From an uncultured Chlamydiae bacterium (GTDB lineage Bacteria; Chlamydiota; Chlamydiia; Chlamydiales; Parachlamydiaceae), in the NCBI GenBank assembly GCA_963830365.1, contig CAWHMU010000046.1, positions 79,041 through 143,040 on the forward strand: DNA of 64,000 nucleotides, in the 5' to 3' direction. A program made the translations under genes and the position numbers. A model generated the notes under the pieces. It did no database searches. It saw only the letters and a list, made by a program, of their open reading frames with translations, and was not told the DNA's origin. Of the stretch, positions 38,839-49,453 are shown piece by piece. Positions within the stretch are counted from its first letter, which is position 1. Each line of letters begins with the position of its first letter.

Positions 38839-39681
38839 TTAGGCAACAAACCAGGCATTAGGAGATCGATTAATGAACTTGGCCGGGAAGGATTGTAAAC
38901 CTGGCAGAGAGGGAACTATGCCATCGCCGAGGCAGAAAAAGCTTGAGCCGGAGCCGCTCATCAGCACGCTGGCAAAGCCTGCTGCTAGCAGTGTATCCTT
39001 AAGCTGCTTAAGCTCAGGCATTAGGATAAATGACGGGATTTCCAGATCATTAACATAGGAGGGGCGGCCGTCTAAAAAACCTGCCAACATCTCTTCGGGG
39101 TTACGCGGTATTAAGGCTTGGGCATTTAGGCGCGCATAGACTTGTGGCGTTGACAACCCTTGGGCAGGTTTGACAATCCATAGCTTGGTTTGGGGCAAAG
39201 GATTCAAGGCACGCAGGCATTCGCCGCGGCCGGTCCCATAGGCCGTACCGCCAGAAAGGAAGAATGAGATATCGGAGCCAATTTCATCCCCCCAATGTGC
39301 CAGCTCCCTATCGCTAACCGGCCGGCCGCACAGCCGGTTGCATGCCCAGAGGGTGGTGGCGGCATTGCTGCTGCCGCCGCCAAGACCTGCCTGCTGCGGG
39401 ATGTGTTTATCCAGATGGATGGAAAATGGCGTTAAGATGCCGGTTTTGCGGCGGAATAGCTGGACGGCTTTGGGGACGAGGTTGGTGTGGTCGGTGGGCA
39501 AGGAAGCATCGCTGCAGGTAAACGAATCTGCCGGAGCAATTTCAAAGTGCAGCCTGTCGCACAGATCGATGCACTGGAATAGGGAAGCAAGTTCATGATA
39601 GCCATCATCGCGCCGGCGGATAATGCGTAAAAAGAGGTTGATTTTAGCCGGGGAAGCAAGCGTAAGCATTTTGGCCATCAC
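38839..39681 (-). CDS. ispE: 4-diphosphocytidyl-2-C-methyl-D-erythritol kinase
   Basis: SPAKINLFL, GYHEL, AGLGGGSSNAA, GSDISFF, MSGSGS. Confidence 0.95.
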   Translation of the reverse strand: MMAKMLTLASPAKINLFLRIIRRRDDGYHELASLFQCIDLCDRLHFEIAPADSFTCSDASLPTDHTNLVPKAVQLFRRKTGILTPFSIHLDKHIPQQAGLGGGSSNAATTLWACNRLCGRPVSDRELAHWGDEIGSDISFFLSGGTAYGTGRGECLRALNPLPQTKLWIVKPAQGLSTPQVYARLNAQALIPRNPEEMLAGFLDGRPSYVNDLEIPSFILMPELKQLKDTLLAAGFASVLMSGSGSSFFCLGDGIVPSLPGLQSFPAKFINRSPNAWFVA

Positions 39682-39757
39682 ATGGATACAAAATTCATAT
39701 TAAATAAAAAAGTTCATTAGACTAATGCTATCACATCTCTGTCATTATGTGGCTGAT

Positions 39758-40016
39758 GCTGAGCTCCTTAGGAGCGGCCCTATTTGTAGCCCATGGTGTA
39801 GCGCCGTTGGGCGCAAACCGTGGGTCAATATAAAAAATAATCCAGCCCCAAGGGGGCGTTATAATTGTATTACGGCATCCCATCTTTAGTGATTTAATCA
39901 TGAACAAAATTATAACGCCCCCTTGGGGCTGATTTTTTTTTTATCATGACCCACGGTTTGCGCCGGATGGCGCTACACCATGGGCTACAAATAGGGCCGC
40001 TCCTCGGGAGCTCAGC
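39758..40016. repeat. Long REP-like palindrome containing two TTTGTAGCCC motifs
   Basis: GCTGAGCTCC..GGAGCGGCCCTATTTGTAGCCCATGGTGTAGCGCC ... GGCGCTACACCATGGGCTACAAATAGGGCCGCTCC..GGAGCTCAGC. Confidence 0.85.
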
Positions 40017-40059
40017 GACAAACGGCCATAAAAACTCGTTTTGCGACTATGACGAATGC

Positions 40060-40092
40060 AAAAAAAAAGCGGCGATAAATCGCCGCTTTTTT
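40060..40092. terminator. Intrinsic, probably bidirectional terminator after rplI
   Basis: A9-GCGGCGAT-AA-ATCGCCGC-T6. Confidence 0.85.
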
Positions 40093-40128
40093 GGAAAACG
40101 CATACTAGCAACTAGCATCAACAGACGC

Positions 40129-40620
40129 TTAGGTGGCAGCTTGCGGTTGCTCTTCGGCCGCGGCACCTTCTTCGGTTAACACCTTGACGGTGATCGAAGC
40201 GGTTACGCCTTCTTTGAGCTTCACAGCTATCCCATGCACGCCGATTACTTTAATGGCATGCTCGAGCACTAAAGCGCGCTTTTCGAGCGACACATTAGCT
40301 TGTTCCTGCAGCATCTGGATGATATCGTTAACGCTGACAGAGCCGTACATATGCCCTTCGTGGTCGACTTTAACGATTTTCGTCACTACTACACCTTGCA
40401 GAGCGGCAGCTGTATTGTCAGCTTCTTGCTTATCAACAAGGGCTTTTTGCTTTCTTTGCTCTTGCAGACGTGCCTGCATGCGCAGGGCATTCTTGTCGGC
40501 AGTCACGGCAAATTTATTTGGCACCAGGTAGTTGCGTGCATAGCCTGGCTTTACAGTAACGATGTCGCCGCTGCGGCCTAGGTGTTCTACGTCTTCGATT
40601 AATAGCAGTTTGAGTGCCAT
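40129..40620 (-). CDS. rplI: 50S ribosomal protein L9
   Basis: LGRSGDIVTVKPGYARNYLVP, MYGSV. Confidence 0.97.
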   Translation of the reverse strand: MALKLLLIEDVEHLGRSGDIVTVKPGYARNYLVPNKFAVTADKNALRMQARLQEQRKQKALVDKQEADNTAAALQGVVVTKIVKVDHEGHMYGSVSVNDIIQMLQEQANVSLEKRALVLEHAIKVIGVHGIAVKLKEGVTASITVKVLTEEGAAAEEQPQAAT

Positions 40621-40643
40621 AATTCTTTACTCCTCAATATATC

Positions 40644-40907
40644 TTATGCTTCAGCGACAAACGGCAATAGGGCCATATGGCGTGCGCGTTTAATTGCAGC
40701 AACCAACAACCTTTGGTGGTGCGCGGAAACTCCAGTGATGCGACGCGGTAGAATTTTGCCCCGGTCGGTGATGAATTGGAAGAGTGTGTTGACGTCTTTG
40801 TAGTCAATCTCTTTGATTCCTGCAGTGGTAAAAGGACACTGTTTACGCCTTCTGCTGCGGAAATCGGTTCCCCCTTCACTCGGTGCTCTCGGTCTTCTAT
40901 TAAACAT
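40644..40907 (-). CDS. rpsR: 30S ribosomal protein S18
   Basis: [29 protein letters not shown]. Confidence 0.97.
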   Translation of the reverse strand: MFNRRPRAPSEGGTDFRSRRRKQCPFTTAGIKEIDYKDVNTLFQFITDRGKILPRRITGVSAHHQRLLVAAIKRARHMALLPFVAEA

Positions 40908-40919
40908 AACTCGCTCTCC

Positions 40920-41264
40920 TTACTGTTGCTCTTCTAAGGATTTAAATTCTATTTTCTCCAGCACCTTATCTGTGCGCAGCGTAATGAAGCGGATGAGATC
41001 TTCATTCAAATGATATTGTTGCCACAATTCGGCAATCCCGGAGGGTTTTAAATTGAAGTACACGACATAGTAGTGTCCTTCTCTGTGACCTTCAATCCCG
41101 AACGCCAAACGACGGCGCCCTTGATCGTGAATCTTGAGGATTTCTCCCCCTTGCTGTGTGATGCCCCCCTGGATTTTATCCAGCGCTTTAGTGCGAGCGT
41201 CATCGCTTAAGGTGGCGCTGATGACGTACATACCTTCGTAAAGGTTTTTTGCTTGTTGATCCAT
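40920..41264 (-). CDS. rpsF: 30S ribosomal protein S6
   Basis: LYEGMYVI, GRRRLAFGI..HREGHY. Confidence 0.95.
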   Translation of the reverse strand: MDQQAKNLYEGMYVISATLSDDARTKALDKIQGGITQQGGEILKIHDQGRRRLAFGIEGHREGHYYVVYFNLKPSGIAELWQQYHLNEDLIRFITLRTDKVLEKIEFKSLEEQQ

Positions 41265-41292
41265 ATTTATTCTCCTGACCTAAATTTCAGGT

Positions 41293-41928
41293 CTACAACG
41301 TTAATTTCGTATTGATTTGGTTCATCACTTGCGTGACGGTTTCAATAGTAAGAGACCTTAATACTGCCGCGCCGCGCTTAACGAACTCGTCGAGCGCTGC
41401 CGCCTCGGCAGCCGTAAAATTGCTTAACACATAATCCGCCAGTGGCTGCTTATGTGGTGGCTGACCTTGTAGGTGGCCACCGTTTTTTTCGTCAACACTC
41501 ATGCCTATACCCATTCTTAGGCGGGTAAACTCGTCGGTCCCTAGATAGGCAATGACACTTTTGATGCCATTATGCCCCCCTGCCGACCCTTGGCAGCGCA
41601 TGCGCAGCTGTCCGAACGGCAGGGCGATATCATCGCAGATGACGACAATCTGGTGAGCCGTCAGCTTGTAATAGTCGAGGTAGTGGCGGACCGACCACCC
41701 GCTAATATTCATATAGGTCAAGGGCAGCAGCAGATCGACGGCGGTATCGTTCAAAATCCCTTTTGCTACCCTGGCATTGAAACGTTTATCATCCTGCCAA
41801 CTTAAGCCAAGCTCTTGGGCGAACTCTTCAGCGACCATGAAGCCTAAATTATGCCGGGTGAGGGCATAATTTTTGCCTGGATTTCCCAGACCGATGCAGA
41901 GCAGCTTTTGCCGGGATGAGGCCACCAC
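41293..41928 (-). CDS. pth: Peptidyl-tRNA hydrolase
   Basis: GLGNPG..Y..TRHNLGF, TYMNISG, GSAGGHNG. Confidence 0.96.
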   Translation of the reverse strand: MVASSRQKLLCIGLGNPGKNYALTRHNLGFMVAEEFAQELGLSWQDDKRFNARVAKGILNDTAVDLLLPLTYMNISGWSVRHYLDYYKLTAHQIVVICDDIALPFGQLRMRCQGSAGGHNGIKSVIAYLGTDEFTRLRMGIGMSVDEKNGGHLQGQPPHKQPLADYVLSNFTAAEAAALDEFVKRGAAVLRSLTIETVTQVMNQINTKLTL

Positions 41929-41944
41929 TGGTTATAACTTCCGG

Positions 41945-42505
41945 TTAGCGCTTGGCAATGACCACAGCGACTTCTTTCAGGTTAGCAATCGCTCTGACAG
42001 TCTCGGGAATGACGAGATCTGACAATCTCTTCGATTCGGCCATCTGCAGGCTTCTTACATCCAGTTGGAAAGCGCTTGGGATATCTTTTGGCAAGCAGGC
42101 CACACGCAGCTGTCTGATGACTTGGCGCAGCACGCCGCCCAATTTCACGCCCACGCAGTCCACTACACCCGTGAATTCGATAGGTACTTTAACTTTGATT
42201 TTGACATCATCGAAAAGCTCTTCGAAATCCAAATGTTGTACATTGTAGGTCGTTGGTTCGTACTGGATTTCCTTGAGGAGGGCGCGGCGCTGGTGGCCGT
42301 GGGCATCGACAAGTGTAAAAACAGTGGTGGAAAGGCGGCCAGGCAGCACATCGCGCACGAGCGCATTATATTCTGCTCCGCTGATAGCGACTGAATCAGT
42401 AGCTTTGCCTCGAACATACATGGCAGCTGGGATGTAACCCTCACGGCGAAGTCTTTTCGTTTCGCTCTTTTTCAATACATTTCTTTTAATCAATTGTAAT
42501 TTCAT
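41945..42505 (-). CDS. rplY: 50S ribosomal protein L25/CTC
   Basis: [19 protein letters not shown]; start at MKLQ behind SD GGAGG. Confidence 0.93.
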   Translation of the reverse strand: MKLQLIKRNVLKKSETKRLRREGYIPAAMYVRGKATDSVAISGAEYNALVRDVLPGRLSTTVFTLVDAHGHQRRALLKEIQYEPTTYNVQHLDFEELFDDVKIKVKVPIEFTGVVDCVGVKLGGVLRQVIRQLRVACLPKDIPSAFQLDVRSLQMAESKRLSDLVIPETVRAIANLKEVAVVIAKR

Positions 42506-42660
42506 GAATCCTCCAATTTCCATGTTGTGAGAAGCTGTGACAAACCGATTTTCAGGTCGCTTTTTCACAGCCTCTAGGCGCCGCTATCTTCCGACCGCTA
42601 AGGGAAAAAGATATCGACACTTAACGCATCTTTAAGTTGCTGGCAGTGGCTAAACTCGTG

Positions 42661-43626
42661 TTAGCTTGACTGATTTATATCGTATAAGGATGAGATTGAT
42701 TCTTTCGAGATGATGCAGCTTATGGCTTGTCCGAGAAGTTCAGCAATGGATACGATGCGGATTTTGGCACTTTGCACGATGCATTGTGTCGCAGGTATAG
42801 AATTACTGATAAATAGTGCTTCGATGGGGCTTTGTGCAATCTTTTCCATGGCGTCTGCTACGAGCAGTCCATGGGTGACGGCAGCAAAGATTCTCTTGGC
42901 ACCCTTCTCACGGCAAGCTTTCGCTGCTGACACCAATGTTCCAGCGGTGGAACACAGATCGTCAGCGAGAAGAATATCTTTTCCATTTACATCCCCAATC
43001 ACATGGAGGGCATCGACATGGATGGCACTGCTGCGCATCTTATCGACAATGGCCATTTCAGTTTTCAGCTGTCTGGCATAGTCTCGGGCTAATTTGATAC
43101 TGCCCAGGTCCGGTGTCACCACCATCACTTTGCTATCAAAAAGCTTTGCAAACGCATTAACTAAAAAAGGCCTGGCAACCACGTTGTCAACAGGGATATC
43201 AAAAAAACCTTGTACCTGTCCTGCATGCAAATCCATGGTCAGGATGCGCGTCGCGCCGGCATCAACCAGCATATTGGCGACGAGCTTGGCGGTAATGGGT
43301 ACGCGCGGTTTGTCTTTGCGGTCCTGGCGGCAGTATCCAAAATATGGTATCACAGCCGTTATTGAACGCGCCGACGCCCTTTTCAGGGCATCGATCATGA
43401 TCAGCAGCTCCATCAGAAAATTATTCGGATCCAGCGCTACCGATTGAAAGACAAACACATCACGCCCACGCACATTTTCCTGAATCTGCAGCGATATCTC
43501 GCCATCAGGAAAACGTTCGATAAAAACTTTACCTAGCTGTGTGCCTAAATAATCTGCCACTTCCTTTGCTAAGGCCGGATGCGATGTCCCGGAAAATAGA
43601 AAGGCATTTAAGCAGACATTTTGCAT
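42661..43626 (-). CDS. prs: Ribose-phosphate pyrophosphokinase
   Basis: FPDGE, PYFGYCRQDRK, MDLHAGQVQGFF, DDLCSTAGT; start placed just downstream of the tRNA. Confidence 0.95.
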   Translation of the reverse strand: MQNVCLNAFLFSGTSHPALAKEVADYLGTQLGKVFIERFPDGEISLQIQENVRGRDVFVFQSVALDPNNFLMELLIMIDALKRASARSITAVIPYFGYCRQDRKDKPRVPITAKLVANMLVDAGATRILTMDLHAGQVQGFFDIPVDNVVARPFLVNAFAKLFDSKVMVVTPDLGSIKLARDYARQLKTEMAIVDKMRSSAIHVDALHVIGDVNGKDILLADDLCSTAGTLVSAAKACREKGAKRIFAAVTHGLLVADAMEKIAQSPIEALFISNSIPATQCIVQSAKIRIVSIAELLGQAISCIISKESISSLYDINQSS

Positions 43627-43649
43627 TGACGCACACCGCTTCGTAGTAT

Positions 43650-43721
43650 TTGGGGTGGAAGGATTCGAACCTCCGCATGGCGGTACCAAAAACCGCTGCC
43701 TTACCGCTTGGCGACACCCCA
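43650..43721 (-). tRNA. tRNA-Gln(TTG)
   Basis: TGGGGTG acceptor stem, GCCAAGCGGTAAGGC D arm, GCGGT-TTTTGGT-ACCGC anticodon arm, GGTTCGAATCC T arm; CCA not encoded. Confidence 0.96.
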
Positions 43722-43858
43722 TCAAAACTTGCTGTTTTTAACATCAGCAAAGTAAAATACTAGTTAATCCACCGATTTCTTTGCAACACAGAAAGTGAAA
43801 ATAATGCATTTTTTTTCACATCTGCCCTTACGCATACATGTGCGCTATCGTCCAACCT

Positions 43859-44268
43859 CCAAACTAAAATTGCGCGCCTGCGTCCGATCCTATAGCCCGT
43901 GCCCGGATTGGAGAATGCTTAACCATTTTCTCCCATGTATAGCTTAAGTTTTTGGTTCATCCGGTTTTGCAGGACCCAGAAAGAGTATGACCCAACTAGA
44001 AAAGGGTGCATAGAAATGAAGAAATGTAGGTGACACATCGGAGCAAAAATAGCAGGATATTAGGATGGACAGGATGAATGATTTAAACTTTAGTTTGCCA
44101 ACTTTGTAATTTACGTAACTCTTGGATGATCATCCAATTTTCATATCCTGACCATCGCAATATCCTGTTATTTTTGCTTGCTCTTTTCTCTATGCAAGTC
44201 GTGCAAATCCGAAAGAAGCAAGTCTTTTAGAATTCGGGCACAGGCTCGGGCGCGCAATTTTAGTTTGG
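43859..44268. mobile_element. MITE-like element with a perfect 20-bp IR, interrupted by an ISL3-type MITE
   Basis: CCAAACTAAAATTGCGCGCC (43859-78) / GGCGCGCAATTTTAGTTTGG (44249-68); internal GCCCGTGCCCG/CGGGCACAGGC. Confidence 0.7.
43954..44219. mobile_element. ISL3-type MITE, older copy
   Basis: Aligns along its length with 58890-59141; flanks AAGTTTTT / AAGTCTTT (7 of 8 match). Confidence 0.8.
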
Positions 44269-44350
44269 GAACGGGCACAAGTTCTGTCTTGCCTTTATTA
44301 GGCGTGATGGCTTAGTTTTTATATTAACCCTTTAGCATTCATAGATATCC

Positions 44351-44950
44351 ATGCAAAAATATCCGCTGCACCTATTAAAACTTATCGATGTATTGAGAAA
44401 GCTGCCAGGCGTTGGCGCAAAGAGTGCCGAGCGCTTTGCCTTTGAGATCATAGGCTGGCCGGAAAGCAAACTATGCGAGATGGCCGAGGTGATCCAAGCT
44501 ACGCCAAAACAGCTTAAGCACTGCCCCCAATGCGGCTGCCTGCAGGGCATCGACAGCTGCCCCTTCTGTGCCGACGCCGCCCGCAGGTCCAAGACGCTAT
44601 GCGTGGTGGCCATGCCGCGCGATGTCTTTGCCATCGAAGCCACGCACGAGTATAGAGGCCTCTACCACGTCATGAGAGCCCTGCTTTCGCCGCTCGACGG
44701 CATAGGGCCTGAACAGCTCAATATCGACAAACTGAAGCTGCGCCTGATCACCCATCAGATTGAAGAGCTGGTGATTGCGTTAGATTCCACTCTTGAAGGC
44801 GACGCCACGGCCCTCTTCCTCAAAAGAGAACTAGAGCCGTTGCATATCAACATCTCGCGGCTGGCATTCGGCCTGCCTATGGGCAGTTCGCTGGATTATG
44901 TCGATGGCGGCACGCTGGCCAGAGCCCTATCGGCTAGGGCGCGTTTCTAG
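44351..44950 (+). CDS. recR: Recombination mediator RecR
   Basis: LPGVGAKSAER, C4 finger, YHV, LSPLDG, EGDATA, SRLAFGLPMG. Confidence 0.96.
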   Translation: MQKYPLHLLKLIDVLRKLPGVGAKSAERFAFEIIGWPESKLCEMAEVIQATPKQLKHCPQCGCLQGIDSCPFCADAARRSKTLCVVAMPRDVFAIEATHEYRGLYHVMRALLSPLDGIGPEQLNIDKLKLRLITHQIEELVIALDSTLEGDATALFLKRELEPLHINISRLAFGLPMGSSLDYVDGGTLARALSARARF

Positions 44951-44952
44951 CG

Positions 44953-45055
44953 GCGTTTGCAAAACTCAGCAAAACGGCGGGCTTTTTAGAGTTTTTTATC
45001 TATCATCCAAATGTATAACCAAAAAGCCGCCTTTTGCTAGCCTTGCAAAGGCGTC
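44953..45055. repeat. Short imperfect inverted repeat between recR and bamA
   Basis: GCGTTTGCAAAACTCAGCAAAACGGCGGGCTTTT ... AAAAGCCGCCTTTTGCTAGCCTTGCAAAGGCG. Confidence 0.5.
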
Positions 45056-45163
45056 TCTAGTGATAAATTCTTTTTCTTTGCTGCATTTCTCATTTTTAGC
45101 TTTCCACATTTAAGGGATTTCCCCTATCATCACCCTCTTTTTTCAGATGCTGATGAGGATCCC

Positions 45164-47608
45164 ATGACAAGCAAAATATTTTATTCTGTAATAACTCTAC
45201 TCTGCCTCGGCCTTGGACCCCTTTTTGGGCAATCCTTGCAGTATGAAAACCAACTCGTCGAAAAGATTGCAGTTGAAGTGGTCAACATCGAAGGCAATAC
45301 GCTCGATGTATCGGCCATCACTGGGCGCATGAAAACACGTACGGGCAAGCCATTCTCCCAGACTGATTTCGATAGCGATTTAAAGACGCTGGTGCAGGAG
45401 TTCGACCGTGTCGAACCACAGGTGTCATCGGTTGAAGGCAAGCTATTCATCACGCTGAAGATATGGCCAAAACCCACCATCCGCACCATCAACTGGAATG
45501 GCAGCGAGGGCATCGACACCAATAAGCTGCAAAAAGAGCTTGGCATCAACCTTTGCACCGTCTTTGACAGGCAGGAATTCAATAAAGCCTTCCACAAACT
45601 GAAGGGGTTCTACGTCAAACAAGGCTTTTTCGAAGCCTCCCTCGATTACACCATCAATATCGATCCGTTGACAAACACCGTTGATATCGATATCACCATC
45701 ACCGAAGGACGCGCCGGCCGGATCAGACAAATCGCCTTCATCAACTTCGCGCAGGAAGAACGCGAAGCGCTGCTGGAGAAGATGTTGACGAAAAAATACT
45801 TCACCCTTTTGAGCTGGTATACCGACGAGGGCACTTATAATGAAGAGATGATGCAGCAGGACCGCTTCACCATCCTGACCTTTCTGCAGAATCAAGGTTA
45901 TGCCGATGCCACCGTTGATATCGGCATCTGCGAATCCATCAGAAGAAACCGTATCGATATCATCATCACCGCCAATCGCGGCGACATCTATTACTTCGGT
46001 CCGGTTACCTTCAATGGCAACAAACTGTTTTGCGATGATGATATCCAGGGCCAAATCACCATCATTGAAGGCAATTCCTTTTCTCCCGACACCATCCGCG
46101 ATACCGTGCGCCGCGTGACTGACTATTACGGCCGCCGCGGCTATATCGATGCCGTCATCGACTACGAGACAGAACTCGATTGTGAAACACGCACCTATGC
46201 CGTCAATTTCACCATCGAAGAAGGTGAGAAATACCGCGTCGGACTCATCAAGGTGTTCGGTAACTGTTCGACCAAGACCAGCGTGATCCTGCATGAAACG
46301 CTGCTTGTGCCAGGCGAAGTCTTCAACACCGTAAAACTCGAACTGACCGAAAACCGCCTCGAAAATATCGGCTATTTCAAGCATGTCAACGTCTATGCCG
46401 TGCGCTCTGAAGGCCCCGGCGGCCTGGGCGGTCATTATCGCGATGTGCATATCGAAGTCGAAGAGACCGTCACCGGCAACTTCGGCGCAGGCTTCGGCAT
46501 GAGCAACGTCGAAAGCATCTTCGGCGAATTCCGCATTACCGAGCGCAATTTCAATTACGAAGGCCTCGGCAGCTTCTGGAGAGATGGCTTGAGAGTATTG
46601 CGTGGCGGTGGCGAATTCTTAAGCCTCGACGCCATGATCGGCTATAAAAGCCGCAAATACACTTTGGCCTGGACCAAACCTTTCTTTAGAGATACCCCTT
46701 GGATCGTCGGCTTTGAAATCCAGCAGTCCAACAACCGCTATATTTCGAACGACTACGAGATTAATGCCGCCGGCATCACCTTCCATGGTGCCTACCCGCT
46801 CAACCCCTTCCTGCGCCTCGGGCTGCACTATCGGCTGACCTATACCGATATCAACCTCGACCAGTATCATATTAACAGGGAGAAAGAGAGACTGGAGAGG
46901 GAACGCATAGAAGCCGAGCGGAAAAATGACCCCGAAGGTGCCAAGCATGCGGCTTTTCAAGAGAGCAAACTGAGCTGCAAGCTGATGGAAGAAGCACGAA
47001 ACAGTGGCGCAATATCGGCCATCGGCATAAGCTTGAACTACGACTCTACCGACCACCCGGCAAATCCGCGCAGGGGCTTCAAATCGCGCCTTGAACAGGA
47101 GATCGCGGGCTTCGGCGGCAAGCAGGAGTTCATGGGACTGGCCTATCTGAACAAATACTTTATCCCGGCCGGCGATAATGGCGTCATCAAATTACGGGGT
47201 GACATGCGCTTTATCGTGCCGCTGTTTGACACGAAGAGATTTAACATCCCGATCGACGAACGCCTCTTCCTCGGCGGAGACAGCACCATCCGCGGCTACC
47301 ATGTGTACCGCCTGGGACCTCAGTATAATGAGGGAGATCCCCGCGGCGGCATGTCGCTGCAGCTATTGTCGGCGGAATATTATCGCGCTGTCAACAAGCG
47401 CATCGGCGCCTTCGTCTTCTGCGATTCCGGCCACCTTTCCTTCGATGTATGGAATTTTGGTACCATGTGGACGTCGGTAGGTTTTGGATTGAATTTGAAG
47501 TTACTTGACAGCACGCCGCCGATTGTGGTGGGCTACGGCTTCCCGCTTAACCCGGATAATAAAGGAGATGTCAAACGCTTCTTCTTTAGCATCGGCGGCG
47601 CCTTCTAG
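45164..47608 (+). CDS. bamA: Outer membrane protein assembly factor BamA
   Basis: POTRA repeats, FLGGDSTIRGY, C-terminal FFFSIGGAF; synteny with skp-lpxD. Confidence 0.95.
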   Translation: MTSKIFYSVITLLCLGLGPLFGQSLQYENQLVEKIAVEVVNIEGNTLDVSAITGRMKTRTGKPFSQTDFDSDLKTLVQEFDRVEPQVSSVEGKLFITLKIWPKPTIRTINWNGSEGIDTNKLQKELGINLCTVFDRQEFNKAFHKLKGFYVKQGFFEASLDYTINIDPLTNTVDIDITITEGRAGRIRQIAFINFAQEEREALLEKMLTKKYFTLLSWYTDEGTYNEEMMQQDRFTILTFLQNQGYADATVDIGICESIRRNRIDIIITANRGDIYYFGPVTFNGNKLFCDDDIQGQITIIEGNSFSPDTIRDTVRRVTDYYGRRGYIDAVIDYETELDCETRTYAVNFTIEEGEKYRVGLIKVFGNCSTKTSVILHETLLVPGEVFNTVKLELTENRLENIGYFKHVNVYAVRSEGPGGLGGHYRDVHIEVEETVTGNFGAGFGMSNVESIFGEFRITERNFNYEGLGSFWRDGLRVLRGGGEFLSLDAMIGYKSRKYTLAWTKPFFRDTPWIVGFEIQQSNNRYISNDYEINAAGITFHGAYPLNPFLRLGLHYRLTYTDINLDQYHINREKERLERERIEAERKNDPEGAKHAAFQESKLSCKLMEEARNSGAISAIGISLNYDSTDHPANPRRGFKSRLEQEIAGFGGKQEFMGLAYLNKYFIPAGDNGVIKLRGDMRFIVPLFDTKRFNIPIDERLFLGGDSTIRGYHVYRLGPQYNEGDPRGGMSLQLLSAEYYRAVNKRIGAFVFCDSGHLSFDVWNFGTMWTSVGFGLNLKLLDSTPPIVVGYGFPLNPDNKGDVKRFFFSIGGAF

Positions 47609-47637
47609 ATATATTAGCAAATAACAGGAGAAAAATC

Positions 47638-48252
47638 ATGAAAGTATTGCGCAACATTAAATTATCTTTAGCAGCACTGAGTGTAACTGCTGCCCTGCTG
47701 TCTTCCATGACAGTCCAAGCGGCCGAGCCTACCGGCTCATTTGAACAAAGCAAGCCACTGCGCATCGCTTTGGTGAATTTCAAGACATGTGTGGAAAAAT
47801 CCAAGCTCGGCCAAAAAGAGCAGCTCGCTTTTGATGGCATGAAAAAGCAGATGGAAACCATCCTGCTGGAAAAAGAGAAAGCTTTGACCGACGTGTCATC
47901 AAAATTCAATGACATGGACTACCTCGACAGCCTGTCACCCGATGCTGAGGCGGAACTAAAGCGTCAATACCGCACACTCACCCAAGAGTTCAGCCAGCAG
48001 CAAAATCAATTCTACCAGACGCTCAGCCAGACCAATGTGGCTATCGTGCAAAAACTCACCGACGCAGTCACCAAAGCGGCTGAACAGGTGGCAAAGGCCA
48101 ATAAAATTGACCTCGTGCTGAATGAAGACAGCCGCTTCTATAGCGTCTCCAGCATCGACATCTCTGATATGGTCGTCAAAGCCATGGATGAAACTTTTGC
48201 CAAAGAACCCGCAGATAAAGCTCCGGCTGCCGCTGTAGAAAACAAAAAGTAA
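47638..48252 (+). CDS. skp: OmpH/Skp chaperone
   Basis: Signal peptide, IALVNF, coiled coil, IDLVLN, DISD. Confidence 0.9.
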   Translation: MKVLRNIKLSLAALSVTAALLSSMTVQAAEPTGSFEQSKPLRIALVNFKTCVEKSKLGQKEQLAFDGMKKQMETILLEKEKALTDVSSKFNDMDYLDSLSPDAEAELKRQYRTLTQEFSQQQNQFYQTLSQTNVAIVQKLTDAVTKAAEQVAKANKIDLVLNEDSRFYSVSSIDISDMVVKAMDETFAKEPADKAPAAAVENKK

Positions 48253-48279
48253 CATCTATCATCAAAGAGGCTAGCGCAT

Positions 48280-49335
48280 ATGGCTACAAAAATCTTCACA
48301 CTGGCAGAACTTGCCGCTTATACAGAATCGCGTCTTGTCGGCAATGCAGCACAATGCATTACCAATGTGGCCGACCTGGAATCTGCCGGTGCTGAAGATG
48401 CCTCGTTCCTGGCTAATCCAAATTACGAAAAGATGATGCGCGCCTCAAAAGCCGGCGTCGTCTTTGTCTCCCCCAATGTCGCGCTCGATCCCGACAAAAA
48501 CTACCTTGTCACAGACAACCCCTCACGCGCCTTCCAGCAGACTGTCGAAGCTTTCATCGGCGAGGCGCTGCATTGCACTTCAGGCTTTAGGGGCATCCAC
48601 CCCTCGGCCGTGATCCACGAAACAGCCACCATTGGGCACGGCGTCACTGTCGGCCCATGCGCAGTCATCGATAAAGCCGCCAAAATAGGCGACCACACCA
48701 CTATCGGCCCAGGCAGCTATATCGGACTTGAAGCCACCATCGGCCATGACGTCTTCATCCATGCCAATGTCACCATCCGCGAGCGCTGCCAGATCGGCAA
48801 CCATGTCACCATCCAGCCGGGCGCTGTCATCGGCTCCTGCGGCTTCGGCTATACCACCGACAGCCATGGACAGCACACCAAGCTCAACCAGGTGGGCATC
48901 GTCATCATCGAAGATGACGTCGAAATCGGCGCCAACACCACCATCGACAGATCGCGCTTCAAGGCCACCAGGGTGGGCCGCGGCAGCAAGATCGACAACT
49001 TAGTGCAGCTCGGTCATGGCGTCGCCGTCGGCGACCACAACATCATCGTGGCGCAGACAGGCATTGCCGGCTCCACCAAGACGGGCAAATATGTCGTCAT
49101 CGGCGGACAAGTGGCCGTAGCCGGCCACATCAGCATCGCCGATAAGAGCATGATCTCCGCCCGCACCGGCATCTCTAAATCCATCACCATCCCCGGCGGC
49201 AAATATGGAGGCGTCCCCTCCATGTCCCTCAGCGATTACAACCGCAACAGCGTATATCTGCGCAACATCGAAACCTATATCGATAAGATCAAAGAACTTG
49301 AAAAGCGCCTTAAAGCCCTCGAGCAAGCGACTTAA
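48280..49335 (+). CDS. lpxD: UDP-3-O-acylglucosamine N-acyltransferase
   Basis: Hexapeptide repeats, IGSCGFGY, VEIGANTTIDR, KIDNLVQLGH. Confidence 0.96.
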   Translation: MATKIFTLAELAAYTESRLVGNAAQCITNVADLESAGAEDASFLANPNYEKMMRASKAGVVFVSPNVALDPDKNYLVTDNPSRAFQQTVEAFIGEALHCTSGFRGIHPSAVIHETATIGHGVTVGPCAVIDKAAKIGDHTTIGPGSYIGLEATIGHDVFIHANVTIRERCQIGNHVTIQPGAVIGSCGFGYTTDSHGQHTKLNQVGIVIIEDDVEIGANTTIDRSRFKATRVGRGSKIDNLVQLGHGVAVGDHNIIVAQTGIAGSTKTGKYVVIGGQVAVAGHISIADKSMISARTGISKSITIPGGKYGGVPSMSLSDYNRNSVYLRNIETYIDKIKELEKRLKALEQAT

Positions 49336-49453
49336 GCCACTTTTCACCACAGAGACACCGAGACAAAGAGAAGCCAGAGTAAAGTGAGCAGCACAGGCTA
49401 AAGTGGCGTCGCTGCTTCCGCACCCGAGCCCGTATTATATCCCTAAATGTCAT

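Noticed and set aside
43627..43725. N-terminal extension of the prs ORF in the track
   Set aside because: It is tRNA-Gln read in frame; the Prs homology starts at ATG 43626.
45443..46450. 335-aa antisense ORF in bamA, and similar shadows in oppA, potG and pdhABC
   Set aside because: These are antisense shadows caused by codon bias, with no SD or recognisable motifs.
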